Origin: Macrostomum hystrix
Lineage: Eukaryota; Animalia; Platyhelminthes
Assembly (NCBI GenBank): GCA_950097015.1
Contig: CATNEN010000001.1
Location: 16,678,001 to 16,742,000 of the forward strand
DNA length: 64,000 nt
Direction: 5' to 3'
This document shows, in pieces, positions 40,601 through 51,140 of this stretch (its first letter is position 1; each line of letters opens with the position of its first letter). The position numbers and the translations under genes were made by a program. The notes under the pieces are model-generated. The model made no database searches. It was not told the origin of the DNA and saw nothing but the letters and a program-made list of their open reading frames with translations.

Positions 40601-43600
40601 TTTTTTGTTAGTTCCCCCCCCCCCGAATCAGACAGTGCCGTATAGTTTCCTTCAGCTATGACCGTGTGTTTCTGCAATCCTCGATCTTTTTAATTGTTTG
40701 ATCTTACGAGTAGATATTACATCTATACCTATCGAGACATTCGGATAGAAATACCCTCGTAAATATGTTGATAAGATCTGCATTCTACTGTCTTGTAGAT
40801 ACTTGTAGATCACGAATAGATGTACACTAGACCTCGATAAATCTAAAGTTTATCTCGTATAGATCAACGCAAAGTATTTAAACCACCATCTCAATGTCTG
40901 AAGGTACAATGTATAGTCATGCTTGAACAATTGCAAAACAGAATTAAGCTGTTGCATCTGAAAGTCACCTTTATTTGCACAAAAGCATTATTTTCAACAC
41001 TCCTTTGGTTTCTCTATGGTAAAACAACACAATTCTTTGTTTGAGTTAAAACGCAAATGTTTTATCCTGACTTAACCTTTTCACTGCAAAATTTAATTTG
41101 CACTATTCAAGATCCAAATGGAGGTGAGTTATTTAAAAGGGCGTTTAAAGGGCGAAAGATTAAAATTTTGCGTGCGGTGTGGTTTTACTAGAAATCTTTA
41201 GATCATCTCTCGCATTTGTAAATCGATTGTTTTTTCATATTTGTTTTATTTTTTAAAAATTTACTAAACGTAAAAACTTAAACGACCGCAAAATCTATTT
41301 ATTAAAACAAAAATTGTGTAAATGCGCATATTTCTAAAAATGTTTAAAGCGCTTTTTTTGCATGACTCTTACTTTATATAGAGCTCTATTTCTTTTAGAA
41401 TAGTATATTTTTATAAGATGATAAAGTTTAGCTCATTAATTTTTTATTAAAACTTTCAAACTTTCAGAAAAATCGTTTGTTCGCCTCAGTGGCTCAAGCG
41501 GCTTACGATATAAGAGACAACGAAACGGTAAGTTAAAGCGAATCTAGTTGATAAATTAAATATCAATTGTCAGTAAATATTAAATCGAATCGATCAATAA
41601 TTAAGTTTGCCCATAAATCAACTAATCAACTAATCAATAGATCAACCAGTTAGTTCTAGGCTAAATCAATAAATTTAAGTTCATAAGATCTATCAGTCAA
41701 CAAACCGATCAATGATCAAAATTCATCAGCGAATAAATCAAATAATTAATCAGTCGGTTAATGAATTAGTTACCAGTTAAATCAGTTAAATTAACCCATC
41801 CTTTAATAAAATCCTAACAACCAACCAACCAATCAATCAACCAACCAACCAATCAATCAATCGATCAGCTAATCAATCAATCAATCGATCAGTTAATCAA
41901 TCAATCAATCGATCAGTTAATCAATCAATCAATCAATCAAATAATCAATCAATCAATCAATCAATCAACCAATCAATCAATCAACCCATCAATCAATCAA
42001 CCAATCAATCAATCAACCAATCAATCAACCAATCAATCAATCAACCCATCAATCAATCAACCAATCAATCAATCAACCAATCAATCAACCAATCAATCCA
42101 CGTAGATCAACCGTGGCATCGGCCGCCTCATAGGCGTGGCCGGGCTAGACGTGCCCACGGACCATTTCGAGCGGCTCGGTCCAGCCTGGGAGCTCGGCCC
42201 ATTGGCTTACATATTCATCGTCACCAACAACGGCCACGTGTTGTTTCACCCGGAGTTCAGGCCGTTCGATGTAAACCCTGATTGATTTCTGAATTCCGCC
42301 AATTTTTCGTGCTAATAACTGCTCATTCTTCATCACTGCCCCTGCTCACTCCCGCCTGCAGAAGGAGGGAAATCTCAGACTGTTCTTCAACAATCGCGAC
42401 GTGGCCGAAATCGAAGTGCCAGCAGACGAAGCGCCTCTGTACAATTCGCCCAGCTACCTGCTGCCACTCAGGCTTAATCTTATCGATCGTCTGGAAGGCG
42501 TGGATCAGCTGCTTCGAATCAGGACCTACGAAGATTTTGTGAGCACCTGTCAGACAGGGATGTCACCTTATTAGACAGGAGTGTCACCTTGTTAGACAGG
42601 AGTGTCACCTGTTAGACAGGAGTGTCACCTGTTAGACAGGAGTGTCACCTGTTAGACAGGAGTGTCACCTTGTCAGACAGGAGTGTCACCTGTTAGACAG
42701 GAGTGTCACCTTGTCAGACAGGAGTGTCACCTGTTAGACAGGAGTGTCACCTGTTAGACAGGAGTGTCACCTGTTAGATTTAGGTTTCTATCAAATTTCA
42801 ATTGCTTGATAAACTGAAAACCCGGCAGACCCGCGGTTTCAAGCGCGAGTTCAAGTACTTCTATTCGCCAATCAATTCAACATCGCCGGACGGCAGTGTG
42901 TCTCGGGCTACGCCATTCTCGATGGCCTTGGCACTGCCGTGGAAGTCTGGAAGGCAGTCGCCGCCGCCGCTGGTTTATCGCAGGTCCGACTCGCCGATAC
43001 CAGCTGAAGGTGTCAGTCAGCAGTGGCTTGGGCGACTCCTGCAGCTCGGGCCCAACGGCACCGCGAACTGCGCTCCGGTGGCAGACGCCGGGCACTACGG
43101 CATCGGCCTAAGCGGCTTCGAGTTCTGCGAGTTTCCTCCCCACCTTCTGGCACAGTACAACGCTAATCCCATCTGCGCACTGGAACGGGTGCTCATGATT
43201 GCTGAGCACAATAGAACTCGCATGAAATGTTCGGCCGAGTTTCTCAAACGAGTCGTGATTGACGCGCTTAGCACGGAAACTGCTAAGGATATTTGGCGCG
43301 CTGTGGACAATGCCACGATTCAGGTGAGACTGGAGACAGTGGTGTAGTGACAGTGGTCGGTTTGAGATCCCCGGCCCACAGCCCTATTAAGTAAAATATT
43401 ATCGATCACTGAATCAGGCGTTAGGACGCTCTGTTGCAGTCAGGGACTGGTGGCGTTAGGACGCTCACACAGTACTTCTAAGATTATTACAGTACTCCGT
43501 GCGGACCTGGCACCCCGAAAGGACAGACACAAATACAGTGCTTACCGGTCGGGACGCACGATAGGATGGCAGGATGACGCTGAATGTATTTGTCGGCAAT

Positions 43601-46600
43601 TTTTGCACTTTAATAAACCATGCACTCGGAATCACTATTCAATAATCACTTCGCTATGCAATAAATTGAGCCTTCGCCGTAAGAGACCGTCTTTACGGCA
43701 CGATCTTTGAAAGTTCGCAAGGGGGAGAGCGGTAGCCTTGGCCCGGGCAGAAAACGATACCTTAAGGGCTGCCAAGGGGGCAGACAGGGGCGGAGCACAA
43801 ACAAAGCCTACAGCGCGCTGGGGGGTAGGGTTGTACGCGCTGGACGGGTGGACGGGCAAAGCTACGCAGAGCTGATTGGCGTGAGGGCAAAGCCACGGAG
43901 GGCTGGGGTAGGATAGGCACACAATGCCCGCGCCCAGCCAATCAGATGGCGGCACCGGGCACTCTGAGCCAAGACGGCGCTGGGTGAGGAAGGCCTAACA
44001 AAACCACAAGGCCAGAGACCCGGCATTACAGTGGTATAACGAGAACTGATACAGGTAAAACCATAGACACACACACACACACAAAACACCATATACGCAC
44101 AGGTGCAATAATAGACGCACACCAGGTGAAACCATAGACACATTAACGAGACACAAGAGATCCACTCACAGGTAACACCATAGACACACAAACGAGACAC
44201 AAGAGACCCACTCACAGGTAACACCATAGAAACACAAACGAGACACAAGAGACCCACTCACAGGTAACACCATAGAAACACAAACGAGACACAAGAGACC
44301 CACTCACAGGTAACACCATAGACACACAAACGAGACACAAGAGATCCACTCACAGGTAACACCATAGAAACACAAACGAGACACAAGAGACCCACTCACA
44401 GGTAACACCATAGACACACAAACGAGTCACAAGAGACCCACTCACAGGTAACACCATAGACACACAAGTGACTCAACGCGAATGGTCTCGAACTCCCTCA
44501 GAGCTCAGGCATCAGCCTGTTCTTTCTGTGGACCAGCTCGGGCCTGTCGCGCTGGTTCAACCGTACAATGCCGCTGCGACCAAGTTTTATGGCCAATCAA
44601 CGGAACGCATCTCGCGAAGAGATCTACGAGAAGACGGCGCTGCTATCCACGGAGTCGGAGGGCATCCAGTCGGTGTTAACGGTGCCCTCCAGCCAGGAGG
44701 TGATGGCCAACATCAAAGCCAACGACACCTTTCCCAAGGCCTTCCCAGTCTACTTGACGTCTTTGATTCGTTCCAGCGGATCATCGGGCTCCTGGACACC
44801 CGTGGGTGTCGCCGGAATCGAACTCGACTATGCCAAGCTTGAGGAGACTTTCATCAGAGTTACAAACAGCTGCTCAACAGCTGGCGAGACTGGCTGTGTC
44901 ACCTGCTCGCAGCTGAATGTCCAGTGCTACCTATTAGATCGCAGCGGTTTCGTAGCAGTCTCCGAGGTGCGTCAGGATGTGGGCAAAGGATTTGATCAGG
45001 TTAATTGTGCCGCAATGAAGACTCTGATTCGCAAGGGCTACTTCGAGAGGTGAGTCCGGTTCTGAATTACTGTCGAACCCAAGTTACCCGCGATTTTTTT
45101 ATACCATTCCCATAACTTCACCCTGACTTTTCAGCATGCAGGCATTTGACTATCAGTCCATTTGCACCAATGTCACCATTCTGACTAAACGGGCCTCACT
45201 AACTATGCAAAATGTGAGTTCTAATATGATTTACTCAATCCGCTTTCATATTTTAGCTTCCCTTCTCTCTAATCTACTTTTATCCCATTAGCTACCATTC
45301 TCCCCAATCTACTTTTATCCCATTAGCTACCATTCTCCCCATTCTACTTTTATCCCATTAGCTACCATTCTCCCCAATCTACTTTTATCCCATTAGCTAC
45401 CATTCTCCCCAATCTACTTTTATCCCATTAGCTACCATTCTCCCCATTCTACTTTTATCCCATTAGATACCATTTTCCCCATTCTACTTTTATCCCATTA
45501 GCTACCATTCTCCCCAATCTACTTTTATCCCATTAGCTACCATTCTCCCCAATCTACTTTATCCCATTAGCTACCATTCTCCCCATTCTCCCCATTCTTT
45601 TATCCCATTAGCTACCATTCTCCCCATTCTACTTTTATCCCATTAGCTACCACAGTCCCCATTCTACTTTTATCCCATTAGCTACCATTCTCCCCAATAT
45701 ACTTTTATCCCATCAGCTACCATTCTCCCCAATCTACTTTTATCCCATTAGCTACCATTCTCCCCATTCTACTTTTATCCCATTAGCTACCATTCTCCCC
45801 ATTCTACTTTTATCCCATTAGCTACCATTCTCCCCATTCTACTTTTATCCCATTAGCTACCATTCTCCCCATTCTACTTTATTCCATTAGCTACCATTCT
45901 CCCCAATCTACTTTTATCCCACTAGCTACCATTCTCCCCAATCTACTTTTATCCAATTAGCTACCGTTCTCCCCAATCTACTTTTATCCCATTAGCTACC
46001 GTTCTCCCCAATCTACTTTTATCCCATTAGCTACCATTCTCCCCAATCTACTTTTATCCCATTAGCTACCATTCTCCCCATTCTACTTTTACCCCATTAG
46101 CTACCATTCTCCCCAATCTACTTTTATCCCATTAGCTACCATTCTCCCATTCTACTTTTATCCCATTAGCTACCATTCTCCCCAATCTACTTTTATCCCA
46201 TTAGCTACCATTCTCCCCTATCTTCTTTTATCCCATTAGCTACCATTCTCCCCAACCTACTTTTATCCCATTAGCTACCATTCTCCCCAATCTACTTTAT
46301 CCCATTCTTGGCTGCCCTTCGTAGACGAGTCAAAATTTTCGCACACCACCCCAAAAAACCTTTCAGCCAATCAGATTGGTTTCCAAGTTCACTGGTTGGC
46401 TGCTGCTGCAGACATATCTGTGAGTGCATATTCTTGTTTTTCACTATTGAAAAATGTATTACAGAATTCTAACAAAACTAATTTAAACCCGATTTTCGTC
46501 ATTTTAGCATCCTCTCAGATTCTGCTGTTTCAATATTCCAAGCTCTGGCTCAGGCAGCTGAAGGTACGTTTTTATTTTTATTTTTATTTTCATTCAGAAC

Positions 46601-49452
46601 GGAAAATTTCAGACCGTGTTTCGTGGAATTTCAGGGCAATTGGTAAAGTATTTTAGGAGATACAGAAAAAGATGTGGGTATTTTAAATACTCAAATGTAC
46701 CCCTGGTTTTTCTACTGTTAAAGCATGGGTATTACTCGTACTGTTCTTTTGCCATAGACATTTTTGCGTAACCTGCTCCTATTGCTCGAAGCTTTTTAAC
46801 GGGTGGTTAATGGCGCCATTATCTGCTTGGGGAAAGTTAACCGGACATTAATTTATCTGTGACCATTTCTGCCCGCCTGTCTAGGGCGCCATTAGGAGGC
46901 ATAGGTATTGTACCATGACTACGTGGCTATCGGGCGGGCTGATATTCGATTATTGCCATAGACGATGTCATTTTGGCCCGAAAAGTTGGGCCGATAATGG
47001 ATTATTTTTGTGTATTTTAACGTATAGCCACATACTATAAGCCACATAGTCTATGGTACAATCACAGTATTACCCAGGCTTTGCGGGCGATAATGAGAAA
47101 TCCCTCGGGCGCCTTCGGCGCCCTCTGGCTTTCCCATTATCGCCCTGAAAGCCTGGGTAATAATATACTATTAACGTAGCATTCCAGTTCGGTATGGTTT
47201 GGCCATAGACTTTGGATAGGATTTTTATCGAAATGTGAACACTCAATTAACTAAACTATATAATATACTGAAATATAACACACCCTGCCTCCTCAAGACG
47301 CAGTCGTGGCAGTCCTGGGCGATCCGCAGCCAACGACACCATTCGTCCGCCTGACCAAGGAGCAATGCGACACCATCGAGAAGGAGAAGCCGCGCACCCT
47401 GCTGCAGCTTAGAGAAGAAATTGACACCAAAGTCGACGAGGTTGTCGCTAGAATTCGCGGCAAACCAAATCCGTTGGACAAGACGGCCGAGGTCAAGAAG
47501 ACGCTGATGCAGCCGTATTGCATAGCAATGCAAAGCGGAGACCAAGAGGCCTGCGCGCACCTGTGCAAGCGGCTTCGTCAGAAGCTTGACATCAACATCT
47601 TCGTTGACCTGCTGGGTAACTGTCCTAAGCGAGTTGCGAAGGAGGTCGACTGCATCTTGCGCCGGAACATGGTGAAGCGGATAGCAACCTCGGCGTCAGC
47701 TGGGGACGGCAGCTCGTACGTCAAGAGCTGCTCAGAAGACTTCGGCTACTGCCACAGTCCGGCCGACGGTTGTTCAACAGCCAGCGACACGTCATTGTAA
47801 TTATTGCTGTCTTGCTTGTGTAAATCTGCACTTACTAAATGTCATAGGCCTTCTGATGAACCTACTAGACAACTCAATCAAAATCTAGAACGAGTCTTCA
47901 ACAACTCAAACGCTACTCTAACAACTCAACCGATACTCTAACAACTCAAACGCTACTCTAACAACTCAAACGCTACTTTAACAACTCAACCGATACTCTA
48001 ACAACTCAAACGCTACTCTAACAACTCAAACGCTACTCTAACAACTCAACCGATACTCTAACAACTCAAACGATACTGTAACAACTCAAACGATACTGTA
48101 ACAACTTAAACGATACTCTAACAACTCTAACAACTCAAACGATACTCTAACAACTCAAGCGCCTCTTCTTTAACGTCTCGAGCGACTCTATCGCCAAATT
48201 AACACGTTTCATAACATTTTTAAGTCGCGTGTGAGAAACGTTTCGATACAAATGGCCATCAAAAAAACTATATTTTTTCTTATCGTGAATGGTTGCTGGA
48301 AAGATAAGACTTCTCACCAGTCTCAACAATGCTTATTTTCAGCAAAATCCATGTTCGAGACGTGCCTAAAACAAATCTAGTCTTTGTCGCTGTCGAGGGC
48401 GATCCGAACTGCAACTGCCGCGGCTGCAGCGACATCATCGGCGTCACGGAGCTGAAGTCCGGCCCAAGCAACTATACCAAGCCGCGACCTCCGAGAGCAC
48501 AGCCGCCATGGGGAGTGAAAGACATTCGGCTGCAGGTGAGACAGATTATTGTTCTAGAAAATCTACTCATTTTACCAGGATGATTTTAAGAATCAAGTAT
48601 TTTTGACGCTAAAACAATCAACCAGGTCGCTAGCTGTCCAGAACATCAAGAAATTCAATTTCTGACAGAAACAAGGCGCACTTTTCCCATTCAGTCAAGT
48701 CAAATCGATGACGGCTTTGCGTGGCTCCCAAAGACCAATAGGAGAAAAGGGACGGGAAACTAGGTTTCTTAGAAACATTTTTGGAGGCCGTTTCGTCGCT
48801 AAAAAATTCACTATCGAGATAAAATTTACTCCACTTCCTTTTTAGTGACTATTGATTGGAGGTGGACCAAATGCTATTTTGAGTCATCGATTTCTGTCAA
48901 GCTTTATTTGAGAAAACAGCGATGGGAAACAATAGAACATGGGTCGGCAAACTCCGGCCCGCGGGCCAGATGCGGCCCTCGAAGCTCCCAAATCCGGCCC
49001 GTTGCCCCTTCTAACGTCTGCAGTGTCCTGTTTCATCTCTCCCCTGTCTTATCTCTCCCGTATCTCATCTCTCCCGTGTCTCATCTCTCCCGTGTCTAAT
49101 CTCTCCCGTGTCTCATCTCTCCCGTGTCTAATCTCTCCCGTGTCTCATCTCTCCCCTATCTCATATTTATACAGTCAATGCGGCCCGTTGTCGTCTTTTA
49201 GGTTCTCTCTTTGGCCCGCCAGCAAACAAGTTTGCCTACCCCTGCAATAGAACCAGCCTTCAACCATATAGCTTTTTGTTTTTCTACATTCTCTATGATC
49301 TGGCTTGATATTCCTATTGTTAATTAATTGTAAACCAACAGGACAATGCCACAGTGTGCAGCAAAGACGCATTAATTGGACGACAAGCCGTGGGACACAT
49401 CAGTATTCTTTCCGTAGCCTTCATAGCTACGCTGGTTCGATCGATGACTTGA
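7692..49452 (+). CDS. CACNA2D: Voltage-gated calcium channel auxiliary subunit alpha-2/delta (CACNA2D family)
   Basis: Phase-compatible exons: 7692-7795 (signal peptide MTTKRRLLVALVSAFLLVWTGVPA), 9362-9440, 9866-9985, 10072-10134, 11242-11500, 11838-12051, 12141-12291 (PKDMVILLDNSGSM, MIDAS), 14007-14084, 14414-14644 (ISDG), 15050-15184, 15800-15892, [16031-16060], [41112-41123], 41468-41527, 42106-42270 (IGVAGLDVP, NNGHVLFHP), 42362-42538, 42829-43323, 44502-45049 (VGVAGIELD, CYLLDRSGF), 45135-45213 (DYQSIC), 46367-46419, 46508-46563, about 47298-47796, 48343-48535 (VPKTNLVFV), 49342-49452 (hydrophobic GPI-type tail, TGA). Bracketed microexons are tentative. Confidence 0.92.
7817..7932 (+). 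repeat. 11-bp tandem repeat (atgccatttct)
   Basis: Tandem copies just after the alpha-2/delta exon 1 donor. Confidence 0.85.
7989..9254 (+). repeat. 22-bp minisatellite (gtcactcctatccattagatct)
   Basis: Highly homogeneous array with C/A variants and occasional +T units. Confidence 0.97.
9588..9848 (+). repeat. 34-bp minisatellite (gatcattcggtgggtcattaccccagctatcaat)
   Basis: Tandem copies ending about 15 nt before the 9866 acceptor. Confidence 0.95.
10295..11216 (+). repeat. 21-bp minisatellite (cccatagaattgtcccacatt)
   Basis: Tandem array that explains the spurious MGQFYGN and SHIPIEL ORFs. Confidence 0.97.
14115..14354 (-). mobile_element. tRNA-derived SINE, family B, copy 2
   Basis: The reverse complement reads gagtggcagagcggtt...gtccctgagctcgattccgcg...gcttgtcgtgcaatttacgccttt...cagtgagagtgtacactggctgacgatgag, colinear with 3030-3210. 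Confidence 0.7.
14685..14900 (+). repeat. 21-bp minisatellite (ccacacttctcatccttttcg)
   Basis: Tandem copies within intron 14645-15049. Confidence 0.92.
16901..26283 (+). repeat. 23-bp satellite array 1 (atcatggctaaaccagagtctga) with 230-bp higher-order repeat
   Basis: About 9.4 kb. The variant motif gcaaaaccag...ctaaaacagagtttaaatcatagc recurs at 17521, 17751, 17981 and 18211. Confidence 0.98.
26284..27263 (+). repeat. 18-bp degenerate minisatellite (tgtcaactgggggatcat), Helitron copy 1
   Basis: Tandem copies that are the source of the GDHCQL and WGIIVN pseudo-ORFs. Confidence 0.95.
27857..28183 (+). mobile_element. Short non-autonomous Helitron (327 bp), related family
   Basis: a|TCTAATATACTAAAAATG start, diverged homology to the long-family 5' end, perfect hairpin gctaccc-aga-gggtagc, then gaaggcagCTAG. 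Confidence 0.88.
28780..32906 (+). repeat. 23-bp satellite array 2
   Basis: Same monomer, rich in ctacacc and tcaagg variants. Confidence 0.98.
32907..33885 (+). repeat. 18-bp degenerate minisatellite, Helitron copy 3
   Basis: Same unit as 26284-27263. Confidence 0.95.
34074..38430 (+). repeat. 23-bp satellite array 3
   Basis: Nearly the same variant order as array 2 and 230 bp longer. Confidence 0.98.
38431..39410 (+). repeat. 18-bp degenerate minisatellite, Helitron copy 2
   Basis: Appears identical to 32907-33885. Confidence 0.95.
41815..42098 (+). repeat. (AATC/AACC)n microsatellite
   Basis: Tetranucleotide run ending a few nt before the 42106 acceptor. Confidence 0.95.
42544..42778 (+). 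repeat. 20/21-bp minisatellite (gttagacaggagtgtcacct)
   Basis: Fills most of intron 42539-42828. Confidence 0.95.
44120..44467 (+). repeat. 46-bp minisatellite (cacaggtaacaccatagacacacaaacgagacacaagagacccact)
   Basis: Tandem copies upstream of the 44502 acceptor. Confidence 0.95.
45270..46306 (+). repeat. 35-bp minisatellite (tctacttttatcccattagctaccattctccccaa)
   Basis: Fills most of intron 45214-46366. Confidence 0.97.
46720..47215. mobile_element. Putative non-autonomous Crypton-like hairpin element
   Basis: Long imperfect palindrome 47068-47163 (tattacccaggcttt...gggcgccttcggcgccc...aaagcctgggtaata) and repeated CCATAGAC motifs, as in 57041-58219. Boundaries are approximate. Confidence 0.45.
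47898..48158 (+). repeat. 20-bp minisatellite (acaactcaaacgatactcta)
   Basis: Tandem copies. Confidence 0.95.
48938..49244. mobile_element. hAT (Charlie-like) MITE with internal 16-bp tandem repeat
   Basis: TIRs catgggtcggcaaact / agtttgcctacccctg, GGCCCGCGGGCC subterminal motif, exact 8-bp TSD caatagaa (48930-48937 and 49245-49252), and (tctcccgtgtctcatc)n at about 49030-49165. Confidence 0.92.
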
Positions 49453-49704
49453 AAAGATAACTGCAGTTCTCATTCAACCTTTAGTGTGCTGTTTTTTATA
49501 GATGAACTAACAAAATAACTTGTGATAATTGTAAATCTAGTATTCCGATTCTCAATGACTGAATGTTTTAAGTAGATGAATGTGTGCTTACCTGTCTAAA
49601 GCAATTTAGAATTGCTTTAACACTGGCAACCTGTCAGACAGAATAGTATATTATTAAAAAGGTGGTTATCTATTAGATATGAGATTTTAGCGTACAAATA
49701 GCGA

Positions 49705-50050
49705 CGTTAGACAGGTTATTACACTGTCCTAATAGCGGTTTCACCTGTTAGACAGGTTATTGCACTGTCCTAATAGCGGTTTCACCTGTTAGACAGGTTA
49801 TTGCACTGTCCTATTAGCGGTTTCATCTGTTAGACAGGTTATTACACTGTCCTATTAGCGGTTTCATCTGTTAGGTTATTTCAGTACTGTTAAAATAGCG
49901 GGTACCTGCTAGACTGGTAATTCTATAGTCCTAATAGCGGTTACCTGTTAGACAGGCTATTACACTGTCCTAATAGCGGGTACCTGATAGACAGGTTATA
50001 ATCCTGTTCTAAAAAAGGGCTTATCTGTTAGACTGGCAGTTGTACTGTTC
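49705..50050 (+). repeat. About 41-bp minisatellite (cacctgttagacaggttattgcactgtcctaatagcggttt)
   Basis: Degenerate tandem copies downstream of the alpha-2/delta stop codon. Confidence 0.88.
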
Positions 50051-51140
50051 TTAAAGTGGTTAGAATCAGACCACAAGAACTAGCGAATCTAACTATAGTG
50101 GTTGTTAGAATCGTACCTGTTAGATTTAAGTTTTTAGCATACTTGTTAGTGTACTGAGGAATTCGATTACAGATTGGTAAATGTGTGGCAAAAATTATTA
50201 CAAATGAATATAGGATTATCAGCATTTCATCCATCATTCGTATGTGTAGCATAAATATCAAATAGCATTGACAGCTATTCATGGTCATGCATAGACAACT
50301 TTTTAGTTTAGACAGAACGTGATTTACTGTTGTTTTTGTGATAATATTCAAGATGAAAGATGATGATCCTTTGTTTTTTTCAGCTTTCTCAACTAGCTTA
50401 TATTATATCACGAACACTCGTAATGAAAGAAAAAAAATCATTTTTTGCATAAGTTACATTATTTTATTTTTTACTCATACTGTCAGCGCAGTCTTATATA
50501 GTCTAGTACTTCTGTTATACAAATATCTGCTCTTCACTCTATAAGTATTTTTTATTCACCCACTTAATGACACAGACTTCTAATTACTAATAATCATTCA
50601 TATCGATAATCTAATAGGTCAGATTTTTGTTTACATAATACCTGTTTGTGTTGGTTTGACTTATTTTTGTCTCATTGTGCGGCAGACTCATTCCTAACCA
50701 AAGTAAAAAACGGTAAGACAGAAAGACACCAAGAAGAAAATATAGGTTTTCCAATTTTCTTTGTCAAATTAGTTGTTTTTATTCCGCCATCGCTAGGTAA
50801 GTCCAACAAGCAGCAGAAGCAAAAGCTAATGATTAGACAATATTGATTAGTTTTGAAACCGGATTTAAACAATAGATAAACCGCTTTATTGGCAATGCTT
50901 TGAACAATAAAAAATAAACCCAAGTCTAGAACGGATTGCAAGAAGTTCAATTAATAGTCAAGTTGTCTAATTAATTTAATATTCGTCTGTAATGTCTAAA
51001 CCAACCTGAATTAGTTTGAACAGTTCCACAATATAATACCTGTTATTAAGTCTAAATTGTTTTTATTTATTACTTAAGCGAGCAGAGGCTGCTGCTGCTG
51101 TTGCTGAGGCTCGTCTGCTCAGATCGCTCGGCTTCCTCTC

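Noticed and set aside
40150-40680. GC-rich island with short ORFs (similarly 43420-44040)
   Set aside because: No termini, TSD, domain or compatible splice sites were identified. It is probably a repeat fragment but cannot be supported.
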